Origin: Nevskiaceae bacterium
GTDB lineage: Bacteria; Pseudomonadota; Gammaproteobacteria; Nevskiales; Nevskiaceae
DNA: 64,000 bases
NCBI GenBank assembly: GCA_036379455.1
Contig: DASVGQ010000054.1
Span: forward strand, 277 to 64,276
Reading direction: 5' to 3'
Shown here: positions 46,397 through 58,095 of the stretch, in pieces
Position numbering within the stretch: position 1 is the first letter of the stretch
How the letters are laid out: the number at the start of each line of letters is the position of its first letter
The notes under the pieces: model-generated
The model's database searches: none
Seen by the model: only the letters and a program-made list of their open reading frames with translations
What the model was told of the DNA's origin: nothing
Made by a program: the position numbers and the translations under genes

Positions 46397-47742
46397 CAGG
46401 CGTCGGCGGAGAGTTCGGCGAAGGCTTCGCGCGCCGCCGCCAGCGTGCGCTGCAGCTCGGATATCCCGTGCGCCGCCGATACGAAGTTCGTCTCGAACAG
46501 CGAGGGTGCGAGATACACGCCGCGCGCCAGCATGGCGTGGAAGAAGCGTGCGAAGGCACCCGCGTCGCAGGCTGTGACCGCCGCGTAGTCGCGGACGGTG
46601 GGCGCCGTGGTGAAGAACAGGCCGAGCATGCTGCCGACGTGCTGCGCGAGGAACGGCACGTGAGCCTCGCGCGCCGCGTCGTTCAGGCCGTCGGCGAGCT
46701 GCCCGGTGAAGCGGTCGAGGCGCTCGTACAGCGGCGGATCGTCCAGCAGCCGCAGCAGGGCCAGTCCCGCCGACACCGCCAGTGGGTTGCCCGACAGCGT
46801 GCCCGCTTGGTACACGGGGCCCTGCGGCGCGATCTGCGCCATGAGATCCGCGCGGCCGCCGAAGGCGCCGATCGGCAGGCCGCCGCCGATGATCTTGCCG
46901 AGCGTGACGAGGTCGCCGGTGACGCCGTACAGCCCGGACGCGCCCTGCGGATGCACGCGAAAGCCGGTCATGACTTCGTCGAGGATCAGCAGGCTGCCGG
47001 ATTCGTCGCACAGGTGACGCAGCCCCGTGAGGAAGCCGGGCAGCGGGGCAATGCAGCCCATGTTGCCGGCCACCGGCTCGACGATGACGGCGGCGATTTC
47101 GTGGCCGTGCTCAGCGAACAGCGCGGACACGGCGTCCAGGTCGTTGTAGGGGGCCGTCAGCGTGTGGCGGGCCAGATCGGCCGGCACGCCTGGCGAAGTG
47201 GGGACGCCGATGGTGGATGCGCCGGAGCCGGCGCGCACCAGCAGCGAATCGCTGTGGCCGTGGTAGCAGCCCTCGAACTTGAGGATCGCGTCGCGGCTGG
47301 TGGCGCCGCGCGCGAGGCGCAGCGCGGACATGGTCGCCTCGGTGCCCGAGTTGCATAGCCGCACCTGCTCGAGGCCGGGAACGCGGCGGCACAGCAGCTC
47401 GGCCATGTCTACCTCGAGCTCCGTCGGCGCGCCGTAGCTCGTGCCGACGTTGATCTGGTGGCGCAGCGCGTCAATGACCGCCGGATGCTGATGACCGAGG
47501 ATCATCGGCCCCCAGGAACCGACGTAATCGATGTACCGATGGCCGTCGGCGTCCGTGATCCACGCGCCCTTGGCCGAGACGATGAAGCGCGGTACGCCGC
47601 CCACCGCGCGGAACGCACGCACCGGCGAGTTGACGCCGCCGGGGATATGCCGGCAGGCGCGTTCGAAGAGTTGTTCCGAGCGCGGTGCGGCGCGCCCGGT
47701 CGGCAGCGGCGGGAGCAGGGTTGTCGGTTCCACGGTACTCAA
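46396..47742 (-). CDS. hemL: Glutamate-1-semialdehyde 2,1-aminomutase
   Basis: [12 protein letters not shown], class III aminotransferase pattern, PLP lysine context [10 protein letters not shown]. The track start at 47742 is TTG, so the start is approximate. Confidence 0.92.
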   Translation of the reverse strand: MSTVEPTTLLPPLPTGRAAPRSEQLFERACRHIPGGVNSPVRAFRAVGGVPRFIVSAKGAWITDADGHRYIDYVGSWGPMILGHQHPAVIDALRHQINVGTSYGAPTELEVDMAELLCRRVPGLEQVRLCNSGTEATMSALRLARGATSRDAILKFEGCYHGHSDSLLVRAGSGASTIGVPTSPGVPADLARHTLTAPYNDLDAVSALFAEHGHEIAAVIVEPVAGNMGCIAPLPGFLTGLRHLCDESGSLLILDEVMTGFRVHPQGASGLYGVTGDLVTLGKIIGGGLPIGAFGGRADLMAQIAPQGPVYQAGTLSGNPLAVSAGLALLRLLDDPPLYERLDRFTGQLADGLNDAAREAHVPFLAQHVGSMLGLFFTTAPTVRDYAAVTACDAGAFARFFHAMLARGVYLAPSLFETNFVSAAHGISELQRTLAAAREAFAELSADA

Positions 47743-48431
47743 GCGGGAAGTGTGCGTTCGGTGGCGTTGTCGCCGGGAAACAGCGCGACGTATCGATCGG
47801 CGGCTGCGGCGACGCCCACGACGTCGGTCTGTTCGAAGACGCCGCCGGCGGTCGCTAGCAGCGCGGCGCCGGCGGCAAGCAGCGGCGGCGCGTTGTCAGG
47901 GCGAATGCCGCCGCTGACCGCGATTGGCACCGCAAGCTCCTGCCGGGCGCGCTCGATCACCTTCAGCGACGCTGCAGCTCCGTCGGTTGCGGACGCGGCC
48001 GGGAAACACGGGCCGAAGTTTACGTAGTCGGCGCCGGCCACCGCCGCACGCCGCGCGCGTTCGAGATCCATGCCGCAGCTGCAGCCGATGACCGCGGCCG
48101 CACCAAGCGCAGCGCGCGCTTCCGCAATCGGCGCGCTCTCCCGGTCCAGGTACACGCCGTCGGCGCCCAGCGCGCGGGCCAGTTCGATGTCGTCATCGAT
48201 CAACAGCCCGGTGCCGAAGTGGCGCGACAGGCTCACCAGCATGGCCGCGAGGCGCCGCCGGATGTCCGCGTTCAAGCGCTCGTCGTGGTAGCGCAGCAGC
48301 CGTGCGCCGGAGTGCATGACCGCTTCGCCGTAGGCCATCAGGCGACTGTTGTCCGCGCACAGCTCGGGCGGTGTGACGGCAATGAGCCCATGCAGCGGCG
48401 CACGCAGGGCAGTGGCCTTCGGCGGCGTCAT
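47739..48431 (-). CDS. thiE: Thiamine-phosphate synthase
   Basis: ATG at 48431. TIM-barrel ThiE-like pattern ([19 protein letters not shown]...[11 protein letters not shown]...IAVSGGI). About 230 aa. Confidence 0.8.
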   Translation of the reverse strand: MTPPKATALRAPLHGLIAVTPPELCADNSRLMAYGEAVMHSGARLLRYHDERLNADIRRRLAAMLVSLSRHFGTGLLIDDDIELARALGADGVYLDRESAPIAEARAALGAAAVIGCSCGMDLERARRAAVAGADYVNFGPCFPAASATDGAAASLKVIERARQELAVPIAVSGGIRPDNAPPLLAAGAALLATAGGVFEQTDVVGVAAAADRYVALFPGDNATERTLPA

Positions 48432-48644
48432 CGTGTCGATTCGTCCGCCGGCGCGTGGGGCGCGGCGCACGGCTCTGCGGCTACGCTGCCGCAGCGCAGC
48501 GCGGGTTGCGCCGGGTGGGGCGCAAGCCGGTGTGTTGAAGGGTGCGTCATGATGTGTCGCGTTGGCGGTGCGCGCTCAGTGTATCGCGCCGGTGCGCTGC
48601 GCCAACGCGCTCCGGGCGGGACGTTGTATTGATCCTTGCACAGG

Positions 48645-48653
48645 TTATGCACA
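48645..48653 (+). promoter_or_regulatory. DnaA box-like 9-mer TTATGCACA (1 mismatch)
   Basis: Same orientation as the perfect box 191 bp away. GATC sites at 48631-48634 and 48758-48761. Confidence 0.25.
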
Positions 48654-48835
48654 CTGCAGTGCGGAGCAATGCCGGTCGCCGTGCGCCGGCTTGACGTGCC
48701 GTGGTCATGAGCGCTTGTGTTTTTGCATCGTGCTGAAAACGCGGCCGATATTTTCCTGATCAAAAATGCGCCAATGCGCTTGGAAGGGCCGGAATTGCTG
48801 GCGTCGGGCGGCCTGCCGGGCACTTTCTCACAAGC

Positions 48836-48844
48836 TTATCCACA
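48836..48844 (+). promoter_or_regulatory. Perfect DnaA box 9-mer TTATCCACA
   Basis: Exact match to the E. coli R1/R4 consensus, in the 440-bp mtgA-thiE spacer next to the lowest-GC stretch I noticed in this part of the window (roughly 48715-48775). Confidence 0.4.
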
Positions 48845-48912
48845 GCAGCTGTGAGTTGTCCCACAAGGCGCCCCGAAATCCGGGACTTATGGCCGATGCG
48901 TGAAGTACGACA

Positions 48913-49626
48913 TCAGTGCCGGCGGGCAAAATCGAGGTAAGCGAGCCCGAGATTGCGCATCTGCACGCGAATTTCCGCGGCACGTCGCAGGACGTAGGGC
49001 GAAGGGTTGCCCGCATGCATGCCCACGGGATCCGGCAGAACCGCTGCGAGCTGCGCGGCCTGCTGCGCGTCCAGCGCGGCGGACGGTCGATGGAACCAGA
49101 AGCGCGCGGCCGCCTCGGCGCCGTAGATGCCGTCGCCGAACTGCGCGCTGTTGAGGTAGACGGTGAGGACGCGCGCCTTCGGCCACAGCAAGTCCAGCAG
49201 CACGGTGAACCAGGCCTCAAGTCCCTTGCGCAGCCACGTGCGACCCGGCCACAGGAACAGGTTGCGCGCGGTCTGCTGCGTGATGGTACTCGCGCCGATG
49301 AGCTGGTGCGGATGGCGCCGATCGTGGCGCCACGCGGCGACGATGGCCTGGAAATCGAAGCCCCAGTTCGTGCGGAAGGTCTGATCCTCGGAGGCGATGA
49401 CGGCGAGCTGCAGCTGCGGCGAGATGCGCTCGAGCGGGACCCAGCGGTGTCGCAGCGGCGGATGCGGCTGGCCGCCGCGCCACCAGGCAATCTGCTGTTC
49501 CACCATGTAGGCGCTGACCGGAACCGGCACGAAGCGCAGCACGGCGACCGGCACAGTGGTGACGATCAACCACGCCACGATGACGCGGAAGAGAACACGC
49601 CCGAGCCTGTGCCTGCGTTGCGCCAC
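48913..49626 (-). CDS. mtgA: Monofunctional biosynthetic peptidoglycan transglycosylase
   Basis: GT51 motifs [39 protein letters not shown] start at 49626 chosen (238 aa); the longer track ORF would run into the gor start. Confidence 0.88.
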   Translation of the reverse strand: MAQRRHRLGRVLFRVIVAWLIVTTVPVAVLRFVPVPVSAYMVEQQIAWWRGGQPHPPLRHRWVPLERISPQLQLAVIASEDQTFRTNWGFDFQAIVAAWRHDRRHPHQLIGASTITQQTARNLFLWPGRTWLRKGLEAWFTVLLDLLWPKARVLTVYLNSAQFGDGIYGAEAAARFWFHRPSAALDAQQAAQLAAVLPDPVGMHAGNPSPYVLRRAAEIRVQMRNLGLAYLDFARRH

Positions 49627-49819
49627 CGGTTGCCTGCTCCCGCGAGTGCCTGCGCTGCGAGCCGAGGGCGCGCGGTTTCCGTCGTCGGCCGCGTCCCGGC
49701 TGCCCACGCCGGAGCGGCATCTTAAGGGGATGCGCCGTGCGTGGCCGCAGCTGCTATCGTCGCCGCCTGTCTGCGGCGCAGAGCGCACGGTCGATGCGCC
49801 GTGGAGGACCACGAGGGTG

Positions 49820-51181
49820 ATGCGGATGACGGACGATTTCGATCTGGTCGTTCTGGGCGGCGGCAGCGGCGGCATCGCCGCGGCGCGGCGCGGCGCGAGC
49901 TACGGCGCGCGAGTCGCGCTGGTGGAATGCGCGCGGCTCGGGGGCACCTGCGTGAACGTCGGATGCGTGCCGAAGAAGGTCATGTGGCACGCTTCACAGA
50001 TCGCCGACATGCTGCACGACGCGCCGGGTTACGGCTTCCCGGCGGCGCTGGCGGATGCGACGCAGCGGCATGACTGGGCGGCGTTGCGCACGCGGCGCGA
50101 GCGATACATCGAGCGACTCAACGGCATCTACGCGGCGAATCTCGACAAGGACGGCGTAGAGCTGGTGCGGGCGCATGGAGCGCTCGCCGGCCCGCGCGAC
50201 ATCCTCGCCGGTGGCCGGCGGCTGCGCGCCGCGCGGACCCTGGTCGCCACCGGCGGGCGCCCGGCTTCGCTGCCCGTGCCCGGCGCGGAGCTGGCGATCG
50301 ACTCCAACGGCTTCTTCGCGCTCGACGCCTGCCCGCGGCGCGTGGCGATCGTCGGCGCCGGATACATCGCGGTGGAGCTCGCCGGCGTGCTGCGCGGGCT
50401 CGGCGCGGAGGTCGATGTGCTGGTGCGCGGCGACCGCCTGCTGCGCCACTTCGACGCGATGGTCAGCGAGGCGCTGCTGGCCGCCTGCACCGACAGCGGC
50501 ATCCGCGTGCATTTCCATGCGCGGGTGAAGGCCATCGCGAAGGGGGCCGGCGCGCTGGATGCGACGCTGGACGACGGCACGACGCTGGCGGTGGACTGCG
50601 TGCTGCTGGCGACCGGTCGCGTGCCGCGCACCGCGGACTGCGGGCTGGAAGCGGCCGGCGTGGCGCTCGGTGCCAAAGGGCACGTTGTCGTCGACGCGTG
50701 GCAGGAGACGAACGTCGCGGGCATCGCGGCGGTGGGCGACGTGACGCCTGCGCCCGAGCTGACGCCGGTGGCGATCGCCGCCGGACGGCGCTGGGCGGAC
50801 CGCGTGTTCGGCGGCATGCAGGATCGCCGCCTCGACTACGAGAACATCCCCTCGGTCGTATTCACGCACCCGCCGATCGGCACCGTCGGGCTCACCGAGG
50901 ACGCCGCGCGCGCCCGCTTCGGCGCGGGCGTGAAGGCCTACACGAGCCGCTTCCGCGCCCTGTATTACGGCGTTCTGGAGCACAAGCGCGAGAGCCGGGT
51001 GAAGCTGGTCTGCGCGGGGCCCGAGGAGCGCGTGGTCGGCGTGCACGTCGTCGGCACGGGGGCCGACGAGCTGTTGCAGGGTTTCGCGGTGGCGGTGCGC
51101 ATGGGCGCGACCAAGCGGGATTTCGACGACACGGTCGCGATCCATCCGACCAGCGCTGAGGAGCTTGTCACGCTGCGCTAG
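49820..51181 (+). CDS. gor: Glutathione-disulfide reductase
   Basis: ATG at 49820. [12 protein letters not shown], redox-active [14 protein letters not shown]-terminal [12 protein letters not shown]. 453 aa. Confidence 0.9.
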   Translation: MRMTDDFDLVVLGGGSGGIAAARRGASYGARVALVECARLGGTCVNVGCVPKKVMWHASQIADMLHDAPGYGFPAALADATQRHDWAALRTRRERYIERLNGIYAANLDKDGVELVRAHGALAGPRDILAGGRRLRAARTLVATGGRPASLPVPGAELAIDSNGFFALDACPRRVAIVGAGYIAVELAGVLRGLGAEVDVLVRGDRLLRHFDAMVSEALLAACTDSGIRVHFHARVKAIAKGAGALDATLDDGTTLAVDCVLLATGRVPRTADCGLEAAGVALGAKGHVVVDAWQETNVAGIAAVGDVTPAPELTPVAIAAGRRWADRVFGGMQDRRLDYENIPSVVFTHPPIGTVGLTEDAARARFGAGVKAYTSRFRALYYGVLEHKRESRVKLVCAGPEERVVGVHVVGTGADELLQGFAVAVRMGATKRDFDDTVAIHPTSAEELVTLR

Positions 51182-51244
51182 CGCTAGCGCTGGCGGGGCG
51201 GCTTGCATGGCCGCACGACCGGCTCCGACAATGGCTCATCCCCA

Positions 51245-53257
51245 ATGAGTACCGTCATGCCTTCCCGCCAAGAACTGGCCAACGCCATCCGCGCGCTGGC
51301 GATGGATGCAGTCCAGCAGGCCAACTCCGGCCATCCCGGCATGCCGATGGGCATGGCGGACATCGCCGAAGTGCTGTGGAGCGATTACTTGGTCCACAAC
51401 CCGGCGGATCCGCTCTGGTTCAACCGCGACCGCTTCGTGCTGTCGAACGGCCACGGTTCGATGCTGCTCTACGCGCTGCTGCACCTGACCGGCTATGACC
51501 TGCCGCTGGAAGAGCTCAAGCGCTTCCGGCAGCTGCACTCGAGGACGCCCGGCCATCCCGAGTACGGGGTCACGCCCGGCGTGGAGACGACCACCGGGCC
51601 GCTCGGGCAGGGGCTGGGCAACGCCGTGGGGATGGCGCTGGCGGAACGCCTTCTCGCGGCGCGCTTCAACCGCGAAGGCTTTCCCGTCGTCGATCACCGC
51701 ACCTGGGTGTTCTGCGGCGACGGTGATCTCATGGAAGGGGTGAGCCACGAGGCGGCGTCGCTCGCGGGCACGCTGGGTCTCGGCAAGCTCGTCGCCTTCT
51801 ACGATGAGAACGGCATCTCGATCGACGGCAAGGTTTCGGGCTGGTTCCGCGACGACACCGCGGGCCGCTTCGAGGCCTACGGCTGGCAGGTCGTGCGCAA
51901 GGTTGACGGCCACAACCCGGCCGAGATCGACGCGGCGATCCGCACGGCGCTGGCGCAGAGCCGGCGGCCCACGCTGATCCTTTGCAAGACGGTGATCGGC
52001 TTCGGCGCGCCCGACAAGCAGGGGACCGCCGCGGTGCACGGCTCGGCGCTGGGGGCCGAGGAGGTGGCGGCGGCGCGCAAGACCCTGCATTGGCCGTATC
52101 CGCCGTTCGTGGTGCCGCCGGAGATCTACGCGGGCTGGGATGCCCGCAAGCGCGGCGCAGAGCGCCAAGCGCAGTGGCAGGCCTTGATGGAGCGTTACCG
52201 CCACGTCCACGCGCAGGACGCCGCGGAGCTGGACCGCCGCCTGCGCCGTGCGCTGCCGGAGGACTGGCAGCAGGTGCTGCGCGCGCTGTACGCGAAGCTT
52301 GCGACGGCCGGTCCAGCGCAGGCCACCCGCAAATCCTCGCAGGCGGTGCTGGATGCGCTGGCGCCGCGCCTGCCGGAGCTGTTCGGCGGCTCCGCAGACC
52401 TCACCGGATCCAACAACACGAACTGGAAGGGCGACGAGGTCGTCCATCCAGGCGAGCTGCACGGCAACTATCTGTCCTGGGGCGTGCGCGAGTTCGGCAT
52501 GTCCACCGCGCTCAACGGCATGGCGCTGCACGGCGGGCTGATCCCCTTCGGCGGTACCTTCCTGACCTTTTCCGACTATGCCCGCAACGCCGTCCGGCTC
52601 GCGGCGCTGGGTGGCTACGGCACGATCTTCGTCTACAGCCACGATTCCGTGGGCGTCGGCGAGGACGGGCCGACGCACCAGCCGGTCGAGCAATTGGCGT
52701 CCCTGCGGCTGATTCCGGGGCTGGAAGTGTGGCGGCCGGCGAACGCCTTCGAGACGGCCGCGGCGTGGCAGGCGGCGATCGAGCGCCGCGACGCGCCGAC
52801 GGCGCTGGTGCTGTCGCGCCAGAAGCTGACGCAGCACGCCTATGCTGCCGACGACGCCGCAAAGGTGCTGCGCGGCGGTTACGCGCTGTTCGAACCGCCC
52901 GCTGACGCACAGGCGTTGATTCTGGCGACCGGCTCGGAGGTCGGCCTGGCGCTGGACGCGGCGCGCAAGCTCGCGGAGGACGGCATCGCCGTACGCGTGG
53001 TGTCCATGCCCTGCGTGAAGCGCTTCCGCGCGCAGGACGAGGGCTGGCGCGAGCAGGTGCTGCCGGCGGCGCTGCCGGCGCGGCTGGTGGTCGAGGCAGG
53101 CGTCGGCGCCGGCTGGCGCGAGTTCGCTGGCGCGCGCGGTGACGTGCTATCCATCGAGACCTTTGGCGCGTCCGCGCCGGGTGACGAAGTGATGGAGATG
53201 TTCGGCTTCAGCGTGGCCGAAGTGGTGCGCCGCATCCGTGCGCTGCTGGCGCGCTGA
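51245..53257 (+). CDS. tkt: Transketolase
   Basis: ATG at 51245. [31 protein letters not shown], and GEDGPTHQP in the pyrimidine-binding domain. Confidence 0.95.
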   Translation: MSTVMPSRQELANAIRALAMDAVQQANSGHPGMPMGMADIAEVLWSDYLVHNPADPLWFNRDRFVLSNGHGSMLLYALLHLTGYDLPLEELKRFRQLHSRTPGHPEYGVTPGVETTTGPLGQGLGNAVGMALAERLLAARFNREGFPVVDHRTWVFCGDGDLMEGVSHEAASLAGTLGLGKLVAFYDENGISIDGKVSGWFRDDTAGRFEAYGWQVVRKVDGHNPAEIDAAIRTALAQSRRPTLILCKTVIGFGAPDKQGTAAVHGSALGAEEVAAARKTLHWPYPPFVVPPEIYAGWDARKRGAERQAQWQALMERYRHVHAQDAAELDRRLRRALPEDWQQVLRALYAKLATAGPAQATRKSSQAVLDALAPRLPELFGGSADLTGSNNTNWKGDEVVHPGELHGNYLSWGVREFGMSTALNGMALHGGLIPFGGTFLTFSDYARNAVRLAALGGYGTIFVYSHDSVGVGEDGPTHQPVEQLASLRLIPGLEVWRPANAFETAAAWQAAIERRDAPTALVLSRQKLTQHAYAADDAAKVLRGGYALFEPPADAQALILATGSEVGLALDAARKLAEDGIAVRVVSMPCVKRFRAQDEGWREQVLPAALPARLVVEAGVGAGWREFAGARGDVLSIETFGASAPGDEVMEMFGFSVAEVVRRIRALLAR

Positions 53258-53286
53258 CGCGCTCGAAGGACGTCTCGTTGTCGTCC

Positions 53287-53309
53287 AATTGAGATGTATT
53301 ATCATTCGC
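53287..53309 (+). promoter_or_regulatory. Putative Fur box upstream of exbB-exbD-tonB
   Basis: AATTGAGATGTATTATCATTCGC is the only AT-rich patch in the tkt-exbB spacer. Aligned by hand it matches about 12 of 19 positions of GATAATGATAATCATTATC, including the ATCATT core. TonB systems are commonly Fur-regulated. Confidence 0.3.
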
Positions 53310-53411
53310 ACTTCACGATGAGGTGCGGCCAGGTCGGGTAGCGGGAAGGGCCCGGCGGGGAGACGGCGCCGCACGGGCGGTCGGGAGCCGGGAATCCTGC
53401 GAGGGCCTGCG

Positions 53412-54131
53412 GTGCCACTGGTCGATCTTGTCACAGCGATGGGCGTGGCCGTGCCGGAGGTCGCTGCGCCGGTGGACTTCTCGCTCCGGCACATGGTGCT
53501 GCAGTCGGATGCGGTGGTGAAGGCCGTGCTCGTCATCCTCGTCCTCTTTTCGGTGTGGTGCTGGGCGGTGGTCATCGAGAAGTGCATCGAGCTGCGGCGG
53601 GCGAGCCGTGCCGCGCACCGGCTGGAAGCGGCTATCGCCGGCAACGACGACGGCCGCCTGCTGAACTACGCCGACCCGTATCCGCTGGCCGGTGTCATCG
53701 CCGCCGGCAACCGGGAATGGCGGGCGGGGCCCGGTGAGCGCGGCGGCGAATCGCTGCAGGAGACGCGCGAACGCATCGAGCGCGCGATGCAGCTCGAGCT
53801 TTCGGTCGAGCTGCGGCGGCTGAACCACCGCGTGCCGTTTCTCGCCACCATCGGCTCGGCGGCGCCCTTCATCGGGCTGTTTGGCACGGTGTGGGGAATC
53901 ATGAGCACCTTCATCGGCATCGGCGCCGCGCGGGACACGAGCCTCGCGACCGTCGCGCCAGGCATTGCCGAGGCGCTGATCGCGACCGCCATCGGGCTGG
54001 TGGCGGCCATTCCCGCGGTCGTCGCCTACAACAAGTTCGCCACCGACATCGGCCGCTATCGCGGGCGGCTCAACACCGCTATCGGCATCTGGGCAGGCAG
54101 GCTGTCCAAGCGCCTGCGCCCGACGGCCTGA
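53412..54131 (+). CDS. exbB: MotA/TolQ/ExbB proton channel family protein
   Basis: Three TM spans and the conserved ...LATIGSAAPFIGLFGTVWGIM..F...VAPGIAEALIATAIGL block. The track start is GTG 53412; ATG 53439 is an alternative. Confidence 0.88.
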   Translation: MPLVDLVTAMGVAVPEVAAPVDFSLRHMVLQSDAVVKAVLVILVLFSVWCWAVVIEKCIELRRASRAAHRLEAAIAGNDDGRLLNYADPYPLAGVIAAGNREWRAGPGERGGESLQETRERIERAMQLELSVELRRLNHRVPFLATIGSAAPFIGLFGTVWGIMSTFIGIGAARDTSLATVAPGIAEALIATAIGLVAAIPAVVAYNKFATDIGRYRGRLNTAIGIWAGRLSKRLRPTA

Positions 54132-54140
54132 GCGGACGGC

Positions 54141-54572
54141 ATGGCGCTGCACCTGCTGGACAGCGGCGACGATCCCGGCGCGATGGCGCCGGTCGCCGAC
54201 ATCAACGTGACGCCCTTCGTCGACGTGATGCTCGTGCTGCTCGTGATCTTCATCCTCACGGCGCCGCTGATGCTATCCCAGCTGCCGATCAATCTGCCAC
54301 AGGCCAGCCTCGACGCGATGACGCGGCCGCCGCAGCCGATGATTGTGTCGATGGACGAACACGACGCGTACTACCTCGGCGCCGAGCGCGTGCCCTACGA
54401 CCAGCTCGCGCAGCGCCTGCACGCCGTCGCGGAGCGCGAGCCTGACCGCATCGTGTACGTCCACGCGGACCGCGCGTTGCCCTACGGCAAGGTCGTCGGG
54501 CTGCTGGAACTGGTCGGCGCGGCGGGTTTCACGCGGGTGTCCCTCGTGTCCCGGGCGCCCGACCACGGGTGA
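54141..54572 (+). CDS. exbD: ExbD/TolR biopolymer transport protein
   Basis: INVTPFVDVMLVLLVIFILTAP TM segment with conserved Asp. 143 aa, between exbB and tonB. Confidence 0.9.
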   Translation: MALHLLDSGDDPGAMAPVADINVTPFVDVMLVLLVIFILTAPLMLSQLPINLPQASLDAMTRPPQPMIVSMDEHDAYYLGAERVPYDQLAQRLHAVAEREPDRIVYVHADRALPYGKVVGLLELVGAAGFTRVSLVSRAPDHG

Positions 54573-55321
54573 TGCGGACGCCGACCGCCGTGTTCCCGAT
54601 GTCCCGGCCCCCGCGCCGGCCGCTGGGCGTGGGCGCGGCGGCGTCGATCGCCCTGCACGCGCTGGCGCTGGTCGCGGTCGCGATGTTCATCCACGGCGCG
54701 CCGCCCAAGCCGCCGCAGCGCATCATCCTGACGCTCGATCTCGTCCCTCCGGCGCCTGAGGCCCCGGCGCTGATGAAGGCCCCTCAGCCGGCGCCACGCG
54801 CCGTCACGTCGCCGCCGAAGTTGTTGCCGCTGCCGCGTCCGCACGCGGTGCCGGTGACGTCGCGGCCGCTCGCCCCACGCCCACCGACCGCGCCGACGCC
54901 GCCGTCGGCGGAGCCGGTCCCCGCGATGCAACCGCCCACGCAAGCCGCCGCGCCGGTGCCAACCGACGCGCCGGCACCGATCGCTCAGAATCCAGGGGTA
55001 GTGGGCCATCGCGTCGACGCCGCCTACAAGGCGCGGCTGGAGAAGGCGATCGGAGAACAGCTGCAGTATCCGCGGGCCGCGGCGCGGCGCGGCCGCGAAG
55101 GCGTGGCGCTCGTGCAGGTGCGCATGCAGCGTGACGGCAGGATCGACGGTGTGGTCCTGATAAAATCCTCTGGCGTCGCCGCGCTGGATGACGAAGCGCA
55201 GCGAGTGTTTCGCCGCATGGGACGCCTGCCGCCGCTGCCGGCGGACTTCCTTCCACAGGCGGCAGAGTTCGAGTTCGAGGTGCCCATCGCATTCCGCCTC
55301 TTGGAGGGCGGCGCGCGCTGA
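54572..55321 (+). CDS. tonB: TonB family energy transducer
   Basis: N-terminal TM span with a His residue ([12 protein letters not shown]), Pro-rich spacer, C-terminal TonB domain ([18 protein letters not shown]...[10 protein letters not shown]). Start overlaps the exbD stop. Confidence 0.88.
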   Translation: MRTPTAVFPMSRPPRRPLGVGAAASIALHALALVAVAMFIHGAPPKPPQRIILTLDLVPPAPEAPALMKAPQPAPRAVTSPPKLLPLPRPHAVPVTSRPLAPRPPTAPTPPSAEPVPAMQPPTQAAAPVPTDAPAPIAQNPGVVGHRVDAAYKARLEKAIGEQLQYPRAAARRGREGVALVQVRMQRDGRIDGVVLIKSSGVAALDDEAQRVFRRMGRLPPLPADFLPQAAEFEFEVPIAFRLLEGGAR

Positions 55322-55397
55322 GCGACGCGTCATCGGCGCGCTGCGGGCCTGCGGTGGCGCCGGCCTTCGAGACGTTCCACGAGAGGATCACGTATTC

Positions 55398-56402
55398 ATG
55401 ACCACAAGAGTTGCCATCAACGGCTACGGCCGGATCGGCCGCAACGTGCTGCGGGCCTGCTACGAGACGGGCCGCAAGGATCTGAAGATCGTCGCGGTCA
55501 ACGACCTGGGCTCGCCGGAGACGAACGCGCACCTGACGCGCCACGACACCGCGCACGGACGTTTCCCCGGCACCGTGGAAATCGCGGGGAACGCGATGAT
55601 CGTCAACGGCGATCGCATCCGCGTGCTGGCCGAGCGCGACCCGACGCAGCTGCCGTGGCAGGAGCTGGACGTCGACGTGGTGCTGGAATGCACCGGCCTG
55701 TTCCGCACGCGCGAGAAGGCTTCGCAGCACTTGAAGGCCGGCGCCGGCAAGGTGCTGATCTCGGCGCCTGCGGGCGCCGACGTCAAGACCATCGTCTACG
55801 GCGTCAACGACGCCACGCTCGCTGCCACCGATACCATCGTCTCGAATGCCTCGTGCACCACCAACTGCCTGGCGCCGCTGGCCAAGGTGCTGCACGAAGG
55901 CGTAGGGATCGTCAGCGGCATCATGGTCACGATCCATTCCTACACCAATGACCAGGTGCTGACGGACGTCTATCACAAGGACCTGCGCCGCGCGCGCTCC
56001 GCCACCCAGTCGCAGATCCCGACCAAGACCGGCGCCGCCTCGGCGGTCGGGCTCGTGCTGCCGGAGCTCGCTGGCAAGCTCGATGGTTACGCCGTGCGCG
56101 TGCCGACGCTCAACGTCTCGCTGGTGGACCTCACCATCTTGGCGCAGCGCGACACCTCCGTGGAGGAGATTCACGATCTCATGCGCAAGGCCTCCGCAGG
56201 GCCGCTCAATGGCGTGCTGGAGATCAACGACGAGCCGCTGGTGTCAATCGACTTCAACCACAACCCGGCGTCCAGCACCTACGACACTTCGCTGACGAAG
56301 GTGCTGGGCAGGCTGGTGAAGGTCGGCTCCTGGTACGACAACGAGTGGGGTTTTTCCAACCGCATGCTCGACACCATCTCGGCGATGGCCACGGCGCGCT
56401 GA
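55398..56402 (+). CDS. gap: Glyceraldehyde-3-phosphate dehydrogenase
   Basis: ATG at 55398. [16 protein letters not shown], active site [24 protein letters not shown]. Confidence 0.95.
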   Translation: MTTRVAINGYGRIGRNVLRACYETGRKDLKIVAVNDLGSPETNAHLTRHDTAHGRFPGTVEIAGNAMIVNGDRIRVLAERDPTQLPWQELDVDVVLECTGLFRTREKASQHLKAGAGKVLISAPAGADVKTIVYGVNDATLAATDTIVSNASCTTNCLAPLAKVLHEGVGIVSGIMVTIHSYTNDQVLTDVYHKDLRRARSATQSQIPTKTGAASAVGLVLPELAGKLDGYAVRVPTLNVSLVDLTILAQRDTSVEEIHDLMRKASAGPLNGVLEINDEPLVSIDFNHNPASSTYDTSLTKVLGRLVKVGSWYDNEWGFSNRMLDTISAMATAR

Positions 56403-56433
56403 CCGCCGACACACACCTCTGCGGGAGCTCGCC

Positions 56434-57606
56434 ATGCGCCGGATGGTGGACCTGGAGTTGAAGGGCAGGCGTCTGCTCATCCGCCAGGATCTCAACGTGC
56501 CGATCCACGGCGGCCGGATCACCTCCGACGCGCGCCTGCGGGCGTCGCTGCCGACGCTGCGGCTGGCCGTGGAGCGCGGCGCCGCGGTGCTCGTCACCTC
56601 GCATCTGGGGCGACCGAAGGCGGGGCGTTTCGACCCTGACCACTCGCTGACGCTGGTCGCTGCGTGGCTTTCCGAACACCTTGGGCGCATGGTCCCGGTG
56701 CTGACCAACTGGATCGACGGTGTGACGCTCGAAGCGGGACAGATCATCGTCGGGGAGAACACGCGTTTCCTGTCCGGCGAACGGGAGGATGACGAGTCGC
56801 TGGCGCGGCGCATGGCGGCGCTGTGCGACATCTACGTCATGGACGCCTTCGGGACCGCCCATCGCGCCGAGGCCTCTACCCACGGCGTCGCGCGCTTCGC
56901 ACCCGCGGCCTGCGCCGGGCCCCTGCTGGTCGCCGAGCTGGACGCGCTGGGCAGGGCGTTGACGGCGCCGCGCCACCCGCTGGCGGTCATCGTTGGCGGC
57001 AGCAAGGTGTCGACGAAGCTCGGGCTGCTCGGGCATCTCGTCGAGATCGCCGACCACGTCATCCTTGGCGGCGGCATCGCGAATACCTTCCTCGCCGCGA
57101 CAGGGCACTCCGTGGGCAAGTCGCTGTATGAGCCCGACATGCTCGACACGGCACGCAAGATCCTGCAGCGCGTGAAGGAGCGTGGCGGCGACCTGCCGCT
57201 GCCCGAGGACGTCGTGGTGGCGCCGGAATTCTCCGCCGAGGCGCGCGCCGAGACCTGCGACGTGGACGCGGTGGAAGACGACCAGATGATCCTCGACGTC
57301 GGCCCGCGCACGCGGCAGCGCTTCGACGCGCTGCTGGCCGGCTGTGGCACCATCATCTGGAACGGGCCGGTGGGCGTCTTCGAGTACGCCAGCTTCGCCG
57401 ACGGCACGCGCGAGCTCGCGCAGTCCATCGTGCGCAGCGGCGCTTTTTCCCTGGCGGGCGGCGGCGATACGCTGGCGGCGATCGACAAGTTCGGCGTCGC
57501 TTCCGGCATCGGCTACATCTCCACCGGCGGCGGCGCGTTTCTCGAGTTCCTCGAGGGCAGGACGCTGCCGGCGGTGGCCGCGCTGGAGGCGCGCGATCCG
57601 CGCTGA
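56434..57606 (+). CDS. pgk: Phosphoglycerate kinase
   Basis: 390 aa. RQDLNVP, SHLGRP, GGGDT and [13 protein letters not shown] motifs. Confidence 0.95.
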   Translation: MRRMVDLELKGRRLLIRQDLNVPIHGGRITSDARLRASLPTLRLAVERGAAVLVTSHLGRPKAGRFDPDHSLTLVAAWLSEHLGRMVPVLTNWIDGVTLEAGQIIVGENTRFLSGEREDDESLARRMAALCDIYVMDAFGTAHRAEASTHGVARFAPAACAGPLLVAELDALGRALTAPRHPLAVIVGGSKVSTKLGLLGHLVEIADHVILGGGIANTFLAATGHSVGKSLYEPDMLDTARKILQRVKERGGDLPLPEDVVVAPEFSAEARAETCDVDAVEDDQMILDVGPRTRQRFDALLAGCGTIIWNGPVGVFEYASFADGTRELAQSIVRSGAFSLAGGGDTLAAIDKFGVASGIGYISTGGGAFLEFLEGRTLPAVAALEARDPR

Positions 57607-57649
57607 GCCGCGGGCGCAGGCCCAAGGGCGGCGCCCGACAGCCCCTGAT

Positions 57650-58009
57650 CTAGGGTGCGGTGCTGGCCGCGGCTGCCGGCTTGCCGCCGCTGACCTGTTT
57701 GGCAAAGCGGTTGAACTCCGCCACTGCCGCCTCGGCTGCCTTGTTATTGGCCTGCGTGAGCTCGCTGTACCTCTTCGCGTCGGCGGTGCGCGCGTCGACG
57801 TAGGTCTGGACACACTGGCGGTATTCCGGCAGCGCCTTGTTGTAGGCGTCAACCTGCTGCGTGCTCACCCCTTTCTCCGGCAAGGGCGCGGGCTGCGGGC
57901 AGTTCATCTCGGGAACCGTCGGCGCCTCTGCCGCGGCGACGGACCCGGTCGCCATGCCGCCGACCAGGGTGCAGGCCAGGAACAGCGGTGCGGTGCGTCG
58001 AATCTTCAT
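57650..58009 (-). CDS. Secreted hypothetical protein
   Basis: ATG at 58009. Signal peptide MKIRRTAPLFLACTLVGGMATGSVAAAEA, then a helical Ala/Lys/Gln-rich region with two Cys. No family recognised. Confidence 0.55.
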   Translation of the reverse strand: MKIRRTAPLFLACTLVGGMATGSVAAAEAPTVPEMNCPQPAPLPEKGVSTQQVDAYNKALPEYRQCVQTYVDARTADAKRYSELTQANNKAAEAAVAEFNRFAKQVSGGKPAAAASTAP

Positions 58010-58095
58010 GCGTACGGCGTCCACGGCAGGGGTTTTCGCGCATGGTAGCGGGCGGGGCGCGGGCCGGGCCAGCGACGCGCCGCGCAGGGCGCGGG

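Noticed and set aside
48432-48700. Possible TPP (THI-box) riboswitch upstream of thiE, suggested by CTGAGC and ACCCTTCAAC strings on the minus strand.
   Set aside because: The diagnostic GAACCTGATC...GGATAATGCC...AGGGA core is absent, and the helices cannot be drawn convincingly by hand. A covariance-model scan (Rfam RF00059) would be decisive. I do not call it.
48471-48912. Calling this spacer the chromosomal origin (oriC).
   Set aside because: There is only one perfect and one near-perfect DnaA box, no clear 13-mer-like AT repeats, and the flanking genes (mtgA, thiE) are not typical origin neighbours. It is kept as a low-interest observation rather than an oriC call.
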